Shown piece by piece: positions 1 through 7,594 of a stretch of DNA of 62,874 nucleotides. The notes under the pieces are model-generated. The model made no database searches, was not told where the DNA came from, and worked only from the letters and a program-made list of their open reading frames with translations. The DNA is taken from positions 1 through 62,874 of the IMG/VR virus record IMGVR_UViG_3300009169_000024, one strand, 5' to 3'. A program made the position numbers and the translations under genes. This DNA is from a virus (Duplodnaviria; Caudoviricetes). How positions within the stretch are numbered: the first letter of the stretch is position 1; the number at the start of each line of letters is the position of its first letter.

Positions 1-136
1 GGGTTGAACGGCTCCCGAATTCGCCGGACCCTTCCCTCGTCTCTCATCCTGCACCTCCTCGACGAAGTCTCGGAGGTGCAGGTGAGAGACGGGGTGGCCA
101 GCCCCACTGCACCTCCCGGCCATAGACCGCGCACGG

Positions 137-382
137 TCAGCCTGTGGCTGACTCACGCGCCGTCTCCTGCTCGAACACCACCGACTGCCACTCGACCAGC
201 CGATCCTCGACCTCCGCGCCATCCGGCTCTGCCGGATTCACGGGCGGGTCGGGAGCGACCAACGCCACGGCATCGTCGATGAATCGCCGCCAGTCCATCG
301 GCTCCCCGCGCCGCTCTGCCGCACGCCGAGCCGCATCCATGAGCGCAAGCCTCAATTCCGCCAAACCGACCACGTTCGCCAT
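137..382 (-). CDS. hypothetical protein (81 aa)
   Basis: ORF with strong RBS (AGGAGGTG) upstream of ATG. Confidence 0.7.
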   Translation of the reverse strand: MANVVGLAELRLALMDAARRAAERRGEPMDWRRFIDDAVALVAPDPPVNPAEPDGAEVEDRLVEWQSVVFEQETARESATG

Positions 383-392
383 GCTGCACCTC

Positions 393-443
393 CTGCCCCT
401 ATTCCGTAGGGGACACTACGTGTCACCCTACGGATAGGGGCAG
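393..443. repeat. long imperfect inverted repeat abutting the RBS of 137..382
   Basis: ctgcccctat-t-ccgtagggacac-like left arm, tac loop, gtgtc-a-ccctacgg-ataggggcag right arm; about 23 bp with two bulges. Confidence 0.8.
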
Positions 444-648
444 AAGTGCCAAAACGACATGCCAACCGCGCGCAGATCCGCACGGGGTTGGAGAGGTGTT
501 ACCTTCTCGTAACGTGTCGTTACCAAATCGTAACGTGACGTGTTGCAGAGCAACACGTTCGCGTGCCATGGGTGGGGAGTCGCACGCGAGGCGGAGCCTT
601 GACGCACTCCGGCCTGCCCACACATGCGCGTAGCCGCCGAAGGCGGCA

Positions 649-676
649 GGTTGACATAATAGACCTTCTCGGACAC
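649..676 (-). other. dif-like XerC/XerD recombination site
   Basis: Minus strand GTGTCCGAGAA-GGTCTA-TTATGTCAACC has the 11-6-11 layout; the right arm resembles the XerD arm of E. coli dif (TTATGTTAAAT). Confidence 0.75.
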
Positions 677-684
677 TGGCCCCG

Positions 685-709
685 TAAGTCCTTACGTAGT
701 AAGGACTTA
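685..709. repeat. perfect 11-bp inverted repeat next to the dif-like site
   Basis: TAAGTCCTTAC-GTA-GTAAGGACTTA. Confidence 0.85.
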
Positions 710-933
710 GAATCGGGCTGGACAGCGGCAAGGGCCATGCGAGCCGCCCAGCGGGCCTCCAGGGGCGGGGCGGCGGGCAGGCGCAAGCACGTACGGGGGG
801 AGGCGCTTCCGCGACCCTCCCGCCCTCGCCTCTTCTATCGTGGTGCAGTTTCCTGGCGAAACGAATTCTGGGGTGAGGAGCCTTTGCACCTGGGGCTAGT
901 CGGCTATGTCGGCATGCCGACGTTGGTGGGGGC

Positions 934-962
934 TTGACAGCTAGAGATAGAGGGTCTAGGAT
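934..962 (+). promoter_or_regulatory. sigma70-type promoter
   Basis: TTGACA-17 bp-TAGGAT, followed by RBS AGGAGGT and ATG at 983. Confidence 0.75.
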
Positions 963-982
963 GAGACAGGAGGTAGATTCCA

Positions 983-1324
983 ATGGACAGATCAAAGCTA
1001 AGGATGGAGCATGAAATGGGTTACCACGTCCGTGGGGCAGATCATCCTCGGGCCAAACTGACGAAGGAGGATGTTGTTGACATCATCAACTGCCACTGCC
1101 AGGGCTACTCAACCGCGTCGGTTGCAAGAGCCTTGGGCATTTCCGCCACCCAGGTTCGCTCCATTCTGATTGGCGAATCATGGGGATGGTTCACTGGGAT
1201 TCGAGTTGACAGGCCAGTTCTCCAGCACCCCGAGAATGCACGGGAGCTGTTCTATGGTCCACACGCTCCGCTTGCCGCCTATAAGAATCGGGGAGCGGCG
1301 GAAGCTGGCGGTCCCAATGACTGA
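983..1324 (+). CDS. HTH DNA-binding protein resembling the C-terminal domain of HNH homing endonucleases
   Basis: RGADHPRAKLTKEDV motif followed by HTH-like STASVARALGISATQVRSILIGESW; strong RBS. Confidence 0.65.
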   Translation: MDRSKLRMEHEMGYHVRGADHPRAKLTKEDVVDIINCHCQGYSTASVARALGISATQVRSILIGESWGWFTGIRVDRPVLQHPENARELFYGPHAPLAAYKNRGAAEAGGPND

Positions 1325-1337
1325 GCGCTGGGCTCCG

Positions 1338-1366
1338 TTGACAGCCGCTGTAACCTGTAGTAACCT
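1338..1366 (+). promoter_or_regulatory. sigma70-type promoter of the replication operon, overlapped by GTAAC repeats
   Basis: TTGACA-17 bp-TAACCT; GTAAC/GTTAC at 1350, 1360, 1374, 1384, 1405. Confidence 0.6.
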
Positions 1367-1400
1367 CTCGTGGGTTACAGGTAGTTACTGGAGGTAAACC

Positions 1401-2267
1401 GTGGGTTACGCGAAGTTATGGCGTCGGCTGTTGACCTCTTCGATCAACGACTGCGAGGTGGAGACTCGGTGGTTCTGGATCTGTCTTCTGGCGGCGATGG
1501 ATGCACACGGGGTGGTGAACGGGACTCCGGCTGCGTTGGCGAGGGCGGCAAATCTTCCGTTGGAGTCAGTGGAGAAGGCGTTGGAGGAGTTTCAGGCACC
1601 GGACCTCAATTCGCACAGTCAGGAGTTTGAGGGGAGGCGGTTGCAGCGGCTTGAGGGGAACGACTGGCTGATTCTGAACGCGGAGAAGTATCGGAGGATG
1701 CAGAGTGAGGAGGAGGCAAGGGAGAAGACGAGGGAGAAGGTGGCTCGGTGGAGGCAGAAGCAGAGGGAGTTAGGTGTAACCGACTGTAACCAAGATGTAA
1801 CTCCAGGTAACGAAAGTAACCACAAGAGAGAAGTAAGAAGTGAGAAGGGAGAAGTGGATACATCTTCGTCGTCGGAATCCGACGACCTGGGTGTGGACAG
1901 GCCGGATACTGTTCCACTTCGGGACATTAAGATGGTGGTTGAGGCTTACCACGCGGCGATTGCCGGAACGAGGCTGCCGCAGGTGAAGGCGCTTTCTGAT
2001 AGTCGGAAGCGCGTGATTGCTGCGCGGATTCGCGAGCATGGGCTCAAGGATGTCATCAAGGCGATGTCGTGGATTCAGCGTTCGGCATTTCTGCGTGGGG
2101 AGACGGGCAGGGACGGCTGGCCGGGGGCGACGATTGACTGGATCATGGGGCCACGGAACTTCATCAAGGTGATTGAGGGGAACTACGCGGACAAGAAGGG
2201 CGCTGATCCGCTGGCTTCTTTCAACGAGACGTTCGACAGGTTGGCTGGAGGGCAAGATGGCAGCTGA
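1401..2267 (+). CDS. phage replication initiator (replisome organiser)
   Basis: Directly upstream of DnaB; REKVARWR linker; C-terminal IDWIMGPRNFIKVIEGNY motif typical of phage initiators; internal iterons. Confidence 0.8.
   Translation: MGYAKLWRRLLTSSINDCEVETRWFWICLLAAMDAHGVVNGTPAALARAANLPLESVEKALEEFQAPDLNSHSQEFEGRRLQRLEGNDWLILNAEKYRRMQSEEEAREKTREKVARWRQKQRELGVTDCNQDVTPGNESNHKREVRSEKGEVDTSSSSESDDLGVDRPDTVPLRDIKMVVEAYHAAIAGTRLPQVKALSDSRKRVIAARIREHGLKDVIKAMSWIQRSAFLRGETGRDGWPGATIDWIMGPRNFIKVIEGNYADKKGADPLASFNETFDRLAGGQDGS
1776..1855. repeat. putative replication origin (iterons inside the initiator gene)
   Basis: GTAAC at 1776, 1786, 1797, 1807, 1816 (about one helical turn apart), followed by a purine tract. 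Confidence 0.65.
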
Positions 2268-3588
2268 GTGGGAGGATCACGACCTGGAGATGGAGAAGGC
2301 GGTGCTGGGGGCGGCGTTGCGGGACAAGGTGGCGCTCCTGGAGGCGGTTGACCTCCTGAAGCCCACGGACTTCTACGTCGAGGCGCACCGGACGATCTTC
2401 GAGTACATGGAGTGGTTCGTGGAGGAGGGCAGGCCGGTTGACACTCTCCTGCTCGGCAGGGCCATGAGGGAAGCTGGGGAGCTTGCTGGTGGGATCACGG
2501 CTCTTCTGAGTGAGGCTGAGGAGGCGGTGCCGGATGTCGCGAACGTCCGCTACTACGCGGAGAAGGTGCGCGACCTGGCGATTCGCCGGGGGCTGGCGCT
2601 GCTGGTCCGTGATGCCGACCCTCGCCACTCCTCCGCCAGCACCGACGACCTGATCGACGGGCTCTCGTCTGGGCTGGTCGAACTCTCGGGGGCCAGGGCG
2701 TCCGACATGGTGCGGATTGGGGAAGTGGCGAGCGGGGTTGTTTCCGACGCGATTGCCGTTGCGGCTGGCGAGGCGAAGAGCGTTGTGGTCAGGACCGGGA
2801 TCGAGGCGCTCGACAACCTGGTGTTCATGCGCCACGGGCAGCTCATCGTCCTGGCCGGTGCCACCTCCAGCGGGAAGTCGTCGCTGGCCCTGCAGATTGC
2901 CGACAACGTGGCGAGGGCTGGCGGGACCGTCGTCTACTTCTCCCCGGAGATGAGCCGTGAGGAGCTGGCGACGCGGGAGCTGTCCGAGCGCACCGGCTTC
3001 TACATGACGGCAATCGAGCGCGGCACCACCCTCGACAGCTCCGCTCAGGACAGGCTGAGCTGGGCCAGCCGTGACCTCGCCGGGCTCCCCCTGTGGGTGG
3101 ATGACTCGCCCGGCCTCACGCCCATGGAGATCAGGGCGAGGTCGAGACTGGTCCAGCTGCGGCATGGGCTAGACCTCGTGGTCGTGGACTACCTGCAGAT
3201 CGTCAAACCGACAACCAGGAACCGCAGCCGCGAGCAGGAGGTCGCAGAAATCTCCCGCGACCTCAAGCTCACAGCCCGTTACCTGAGAGTCCCCATGCTC
3301 GTCTGCGCCCAGCTGTCCCGCAAGCACGTCGATGAGCACCGCGAGCCCCACCTCCAAGACCTCAGAGAGAGCGGGGCCATCGAAAACGACGCCGACACCG
3401 TGCTCATGCTCTACCGGCCTGACCGAGAGAGCCCGCGAACCCTGATCTATGACCGGAAACAGCGCCAAGGCCCGCTCGGAACCCTCACCGCCATGTTCGA
3501 CCCCGTCAGAATGCGCTTCAACAACACCACGAGAGGAGAAGGCGGCAACGAGGGCGCTCGCCAACCGAGCAATCGCCGCCAAACCTAG
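2257..3588 (+). CDS. dnaB: replicative DNA helicase, DnaB family
   Basis: N-terminal EKAVLGA..DFY..AHRTIF; Walker A GATSSGKS; FSPEMS; VVDYLQ; AQLSR; DLRESGAIENDAD; KQRQGP; ATG at 2257 with GGAGG RBS. Confidence 0.95.
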   Translation: MAAEWEDHDLEMEKAVLGAALRDKVALLEAVDLLKPTDFYVEAHRTIFEYMEWFVEEGRPVDTLLLGRAMREAGELAGGITALLSEAEEAVPDVANVRYYAEKVRDLAIRRGLALLVRDADPRHSSASTDDLIDGLSSGLVELSGARASDMVRIGEVASGVVSDAIAVAAGEAKSVVVRTGIEALDNLVFMRHGQLIVLAGATSSGKSSLALQIADNVARAGGTVVYFSPEMSREELATRELSERTGFYMTAIERGTTLDSSAQDRLSWASRDLAGLPLWVDDSPGLTPMEIRARSRLVQLRHGLDLVVVDYLQIVKPTTRNRSREQEVAEISRDLKLTARYLRVPMLVCAQLSRKHVDEHREPHLQDLRESGAIENDADTVLMLYRPDRESPRTLIYDRKQRQGPLGTLTAMFDPVRMRFNNTTRGEGGNEGARQPSNRRQT

Positions 3589-3755
3589 CCTTTCCCCACG
3601 TCCTCGCCCTTTGGTGGCGGCTTGGGAGGGCTGGTTTTCGTCTGTGGGTGCTGCGATCTAAGGAATTCACGCTCTGCGTTGAGCTTTTCCAGCGACTGCT
3701 TGATTCTCTGGCCTGAGAGGCGTCTTTTCTTTCGCAACTCGGACCCCCCTTTCCC

Positions 3756-4100
3756 CTAAGTGCTTGATTCTGAAGGGGAAGTTTTGGTAAACAGGGGGTT
3801 TTCGGGCTCGGAGCCCGGCAGGGGGAGGCGGTGGGTGAGGCGGTAGAAGATGTTTCGGCTCAGGTAGATGCGCACATCCAGCCACTCATGCTGGAGGAAG
3901 GCGAGTTCCTTCACAATCCTGATGATTTCGGCGTCCTGGGCGGCGTTCTTCTTCCCCTGGTCGAGGATCTTGGTCTCGGCGTTGGCGAAGAAGGAGTCGG
4001 CCTTGTCGATGGTGGTCTTCAAGGCGGCTTCCAGGTTGGAAAGGCGGTCAGGAATCTTGGCCTTGGCCTCGGCAATCTGGCGGGCGAGGTGCTGACTCAT
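3756..4100 (-). CDS. hypothetical coiled-coil protein
   Basis: ATG at 4100 (MSQHLARQ) with GGAGGAG RBS and ATGA overlap with upstream gene. Confidence 0.6.
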   Translation of the reverse strand: MSQHLARQIAEAKAKIPDRLSNLEAALKTTIDKADSFFANAETKILDQGKKNAAQDAEIIRIVKELAFLQHEWLDVRIYLSRNIFYRLTHRLPLPGSEPENPLFTKTSPSESST

Positions 4101-4315
4101 GCGGGCTCCTCCACTTCCAGGCTGTACTTGACGGCGAAGGCGAGCTTGTTGGCGTGGTCGGTCTTGAAGTCTCCGAAGCGCTCCAGGTAGCTCCCGACGG
4201 TGCGGTTGTAGGCGGCGATGGCGTCCTTCTTGGCCAGCTTCATCGTGATCGGGCGGTAGGTGAAGGTGTGGTTGGTGGTGGGGCGCTCCAGGATGATCCA
4301 GCCGGTCTCTTTCAT
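4097..4315 (-). CDS. hypothetical protein
   Basis: ATGA-coupled ORF with GGAGG RBS. Confidence 0.65.
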   Translation of the reverse strand: MKETGWIILERPTTNHTFTYRPITMKLAKKDAIAAYNRTVGSYLERFGDFKTDHANKLAFAVKYSLEVEEPA

Positions 4316-4596
4316 GTCGCTTCCTCCAAAGTAATGGGTTCAGACTCCCAAGCAATGGGCTCAGGGTTGTACGTCATGGATGTCGAGAGGGCCACGTAGA
4401 CGTTGTCGATGTGTCTCCCAAGAAGGTAGTGCAGCATCTCTTCGAGGAGCTTGGCCGTTTGCGCGTCGGTGGGGCTGTTGGGGATGACGCTGAAGATGTG
4501 GTCCGGGATCTCCTCGTAGATGACGGCTGGGTCGAGACCCCAGGCGATCAGAGTCGCCCCGAACAGGGACATGAAGGTGCGGCGGCCAATCTTCAT
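4312..4596 (-). CDS. small protein with twin-arginine-like N-terminus and a portal-like segment
   Basis: MKIGRRTFMSLFGATLIAWG; ATGA overlaps at both ends. Confidence 0.6.
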   Translation of the reverse strand: MKIGRRTFMSLFGATLIAWGLDPAVIYEEIPDHIFSVIPNSPTDAQTAKLLEEMLHYLLGRHIDNVYVALSTSMTYNPEPIAWESEPITLEEAT

Positions 4597-4970
4597 CTCG
4601 ACCCCGCCCATCGCAGCAGGCTCTTGTAGACGGGGATGGGGCGGGCGTGGCAGAGGCCGCGTTGGCTCTTGATGTAGCGGTCGGTCTTGATGCAGAACTG
4701 CCCGATGGCTGCTTTCATCACCGCGCCCCAGGCGCGTGGCTCGCGTGGTTCTTCGAGCCCCATCTGCATCGCGTACCAGTGTACAGCGTCAGTCGTGAAC
4801 TCGTCCCGTTCGAGGCAGACGCCCCTCACCACGTCCAGGGCCTGGTCGATCCAGTCGCCAGCGCCGTGGGCGACGCGGGCGATGGCGTCGTCGCGGAGCT
4901 GCTCCGGGGTGGCGAGGTCGAACAGTGGGCGCTGCTCGGGCTGATGATCGCGGGTCTCGTCGTCCCTCAT
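4593..4970 (-). CDS. hypothetical protein, possible winged-helix DNA-binding protein
   Basis: EFTTDAV..EPRAWGAVM..CHARPIPVYKS pattern seen in small phage proteins; RBS GGAGGAG. Confidence 0.65.
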   Translation of the reverse strand: MRDDETRDHQPEQRPLFDLATPEQLRDDAIARVAHGAGDWIDQALDVVRGVCLERDEFTTDAVHWYAMQMGLEEPREPRAWGAVMKAAIGQFCIKTDRYIKSQRGLCHARPIPVYKSLLRWAGSR

Positions 4971-5179
4971 GTCTCCTCCCCTTCTTCCTTCCGTTCCAGG
5001 CGGCGGTTGGCCTGCCAGATGACCAGCTTCCTGGCATAGCGGCAGGCCAGCTTCACGTCCCGCAGCTTCTCCCCCGTCCAGTCGGGCGGGATGAAGCCGG
5101 AGGCGATCTGGTTCTCGGTCCTGTTGACGATGATCCCCAGCCCTCTCAACACCCGGCAGCCGATCCCTGGCCTACGCAT
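4967..5179 (-). CDS. hypothetical protein (70 aa)
   Basis: ATG at 5179, coupled to both neighbours. Confidence 0.55.
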   Translation of the reverse strand: MRRPGIGCRVLRGLGIIVNRTENQIASGFIPPDWTGEKLRDVKLACRYARKLVIWQANRRLERKEEGEET

Positions 5180-5624
5180 CGTCCTGCTCCCCGATGATGT
5201 CGATGTCCAGGTCGAACGTGGCGGTGTCACGCATGGCGATGTAGGGTGGGTTCTCCCAGTTGTTGAACCTGCCCTTCGCCACCAGGTGGCCGGTCTCCTC
5301 ATCGTAGACCCGGTATCTGTCCACCAACCCCCAGTTCCCCTCGGCTCGGGGGAACTCGGCCCGCAGCCTGGTGGTGCCGAGCGGCTGGATCTTCCCGTTC
5401 CAGGACTCGGCCAGGACACGGCGGTAGCCCCGGCCCGAGACCTCAGCCTCTCCGTGCAGCAGCGCCACCCGCAGGCGGGTGTTCTCCCAAGCCCCCCCGG
5501 TTCCTGCTACCGCGTAGCCCTTGGCCGGAACCTCCGGTGCCATCTCCCTGGCGAACCCGAGCTTCGCCGCAATCGGCAGCGCCGCCAGCAGCCCGAACAG
5601 CCCTCTACGTGTCGTCCTGCTCAT
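5172..5624 (-). CDS. twin-arginine-leader protein paralogous to virion protein 24633..25022
   Basis: MSRTTRRGLFGLLAALPIAA leader; AEVSGRGYRRV..FPRAEGNWGLV aligns by eye with TECSNSGYARQ..FGPATEAWTQV. Confidence 0.65.
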   Translation of the reverse strand: MSRTTRRGLFGLLAALPIAAKLGFAREMAPEVPAKGYAVAGTGGAWENTRLRVALLHGEAEVSGRGYRRVLAESWNGKIQPLGTTRLRAEFPRAEGNWGLVDRYRVYDEETGHLVAKGRFNNWENPPYIAMRDTATFDLDIDIIGEQDDA

Positions 5625-5856
5625 CGTTTCCCTCCACCAGCTTCAGGTCGCCCTGCAGCTGCATCTTTACTCGCTTGGCCAGGATCTCCCCCGTCACCCT
5701 GCTCAGGATCTCCCGCATCGTCTCGTAGTCCTTCCAGGGCAGCAGCGCCCAGGCCCCGTCCTCGGCGGGCGTCACGTACTCCGTGACCTCCAGCGGGAAG
5801 GGGTGTCCGTACAGCGGCCTGGCTTGCAGGTTCACTCTTCTTGCCTCACTACTCAT
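5605..5856 (-). CDS. hypothetical protein
   Basis: Overlap-coupled ORF in the minus-strand operon. Confidence 0.6.
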   Translation of the reverse strand: MSSEARRVNLQARPLYGHPFPLEVTEYVTPAEDGAWALLPWKDYETMREILSRVTGEILAKRVKMQLQGDLKLVEGNDEQDDT

Positions 5857-6142
5857 CGCCCACCACCTTCCTTCCTTCTTCGGCCAGCAGGCCCAACAGC
5901 GCCATAGCTTGGGCGGCTGGCAAACGCACCCTGATGTACTCGCGCAGCCGCCCGATCTCCTCCCTGGCGTCCTCTAACAGCTCGCTCGTGACTTCCGTGC
6001 TGTCATCTTCGAGCCGCTCCAGGATGTCCCTCTTTCCGTCAACCCTCATTTTCCCCTCCATCCACTTCACGATTGGTCCCAGGTCCGGGTACAGCCGGTG
6101 CAGGTACTCGCGATCCGTCTCGCCGGGTTCCCTCTCACTCAT
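5849..6142 (-). CDS. hypothetical protein
   Basis: Overlap-coupled ORF. Confidence 0.6.
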   Translation of the reverse strand: MSEREPGETDREYLHRLYPDLGPIVKWMEGKMRVDGKRDILERLEDDSTEVTSELLEDAREEIGRLREYIRVRLPAAQAMALLGLLAEEGRKVVGDE

Positions 6143-6145
6143 CTC

Positions 6146-6268
6146 TCATCTCCCGCCGATCAGCTCCAGGGACAGCGTCTTCACCATCCACCACGAGATC
6201 ACCGCGAAGACCACCACGTAGGCGATGAAGACGAGAACCCAGAGCGCCGAGAAGAACCGCTTACTCAT
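6146..6268 (-). CDS. 40-aa single-pass membrane peptide (below the ORF-track cutoff)
   Basis: MSKRFFSALWVLVFIAYVVVFAVISWWMVKTLSLELIGGR; RBS GGAGGAG; fills the gap between neighbours. Confidence 0.65.
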   Translation of the reverse strand: MSKRFFSALWVLVFIAYVVVFAVISWWMVKTLSLELIGGR

Positions 6269-6623
6269 CCTTCTCCTCCAGCAACGGGTGGGGGATGATG
6301 CAGAATGTTCCGTAGGCGGTCTTGATCTCTTGCATTCCCATCGCCTTGAGCGTCCGCTCGTGTTCCTCCGGCGTCATCCCCACGACCGTTTCCGCGATCC
6401 GCTTGAGCATCGCTTCCCACTCCCAGTCCTCGGAGGCTGGGATCAGGCCGTCGTCGATGATCCGCTGGATGCAGTTGCAGATGTCCCGCCTTCCGTTCTC
6501 GGTTTCGTCCTCCCATGAGACTTGGATCTCGGAGCCGTAGAAGCCCCACTCCCGGTTGATCTCCTGGATGTGCTTGTGCCAGGCACGGGCGATCTTCTCG
6601 ACGTACTGCTCGGTGTCACTCAT
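6261..6623 (-). CDS. hypothetical protein
   Basis: Starts within the junction repeat (GGTGAGGTGAAGCC-ATG). Confidence 0.7.
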   Translation of the reverse strand: MSDTEQYVEKIARAWHKHIQEINREWGFYGSEIQVSWEDETENGRRDICNCIQRIIDDGLIPASEDWEWEAMLKRIAETVVGMTPEEHERTLKAMGMQEIKTAYGTFCIIPHPLLEEKDE

Positions 6624-6847
6624 GGCTTCACCTCACCATCCAGGGCGCGGAGGGCATCGCTCATTGCGTTGAGGCAGTCAGCGTCAGTTGGGTGTTCTCC
6701 GGGGAGCGGGTTGCCAAGTCCACGGATGTCCCATCTCTTTGCAACCTCCCGCGCCGCGTCCACCACCGCTTGTAGGCGCTTGTTCTCGGCCTCCTGCTTG
6801 TAGATTGTGCCGATCAGGTCACGCAGCTTGTCCACCGGATCACTCAT
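6620..6847 (-). CDS. array protein ending RALDGEVKP
   Basis: RLQAVVDAARE...LRALDGEVKP. Confidence 0.75.
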   Translation of the reverse strand: MSDPVDKLRDLIGTIYKQEAENKRLQAVVDAAREVAKRWDIRGLGNPLPGEHPTDADCLNAMSDALRALDGEVKP

Positions 6848-7155
6848 GGCTTCACCTCACCGTCCAGGGCGCGGAGGATCTCTCGCGCCGTCTCGACGGC
6901 TTCATGCCGCCGGTGAGAGATGATCTCCCAGCACCTCTCCCGCGCCGCGTCCACCACCGCTTGCGCCGCCTTCCACTTCTCCTCATACATCTGAGCGAAG
7001 GTTACAAGCCCCGCCCTGGCGCTGTTGGCCTTGTCCAGCTCCGCTTGCAGGCGCTCGATCTCGTCAGCCGCCCATATCATGTCCTGTTGCACCAGTACGC
7101 CGACCACATTTCTGGAGCATCGACGGAGCCGGTCAAGTCGGTTCTGGTCACTCAT
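6844..7155 (-). CDS. array protein ending RALDGEVKP
   Basis: EIERLQA...QAVVDAARE...LRALDGEVKP. Confidence 0.75.
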   Translation of the reverse strand: MSDQNRLDRLRRCSRNVVGVLVQQDMIWAADEIERLQAELDKANSARAGLVTFAQMYEEKWKAAQAVVDAARERCWEIISHRRHEAVETAREILRALDGEVKP

Positions 7156-7352
7156 GGCTTCACCTCACCCGCTCGGTTCGGACGACTCCAAACTCCTTGC
7201 CCGTAGCAGAACTCATTGAACTGGTCGAGCCGGATCGCTCCGCATGCCTCACAACGCCATACGCGCACGGTGTCACTCTCGACAACAGATGGCTTCCGGC
7301 GAAGCCACAGTCCCTCGACAACCACAATCCTGCGCTTGTGGTTGCAACTCAT
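7152..7352 (-). CDS. array protein with unrelated body (CxH/CxxC), ending GEVKP
   Basis: Shares only the junction repeat. Confidence 0.7.
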   Translation of the reverse strand: MSCNHKRRIVVVEGLWLRRKPSVVESDTVRVWRCEACGAIRLDQFNEFCYGQGVWSRPNRAGEVKP

Positions 7353-7594
7353 GGCTTCACCTCACCGTCCAGGGCACGAAGGATGTCATCTGCTGTATCC
7401 CTCACCTCTTCCATAATCCTCTGGGCGTTGATGACCTCAAGACACGCCTCCCGCGCCGCGTCCAGCACCGCTTGCAGGCGCTCGATCTCGGATTGTGCGT
7501 GCTCACGAGCGTCCCGGTGTCCATCAAAGTACCCAACGCTATATCGGTCATTGTCGCCAGCGTCGTCCAATAGCCGTTTCACGATTTCACTCAT
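7349..7594 (-). CDS. array protein ending RALDGEVKP
   Basis: EIERLQAVLDAARE...LRALDGEVKP. Confidence 0.75.
   Translation of the reverse strand: MSEIVKRLLDDAGDNDRYSVGYFDGHRDAREHAQSEIERLQAVLDAAREACLEVINAQRIMEEVRDTADDILRALDGEVKP

Noticed and set aside
651-679. Rightward sigma70 promoter at TTGACA 651
   Set aside because: No good -10 at 16-18 bp; the hexamer is better explained as part of the XerD arm.
540-930. tRNA or other known ncRNA in the control region
   Set aside because: No cloverleaf, T-loop (GTTCRA) or other recognisable RNA motif.
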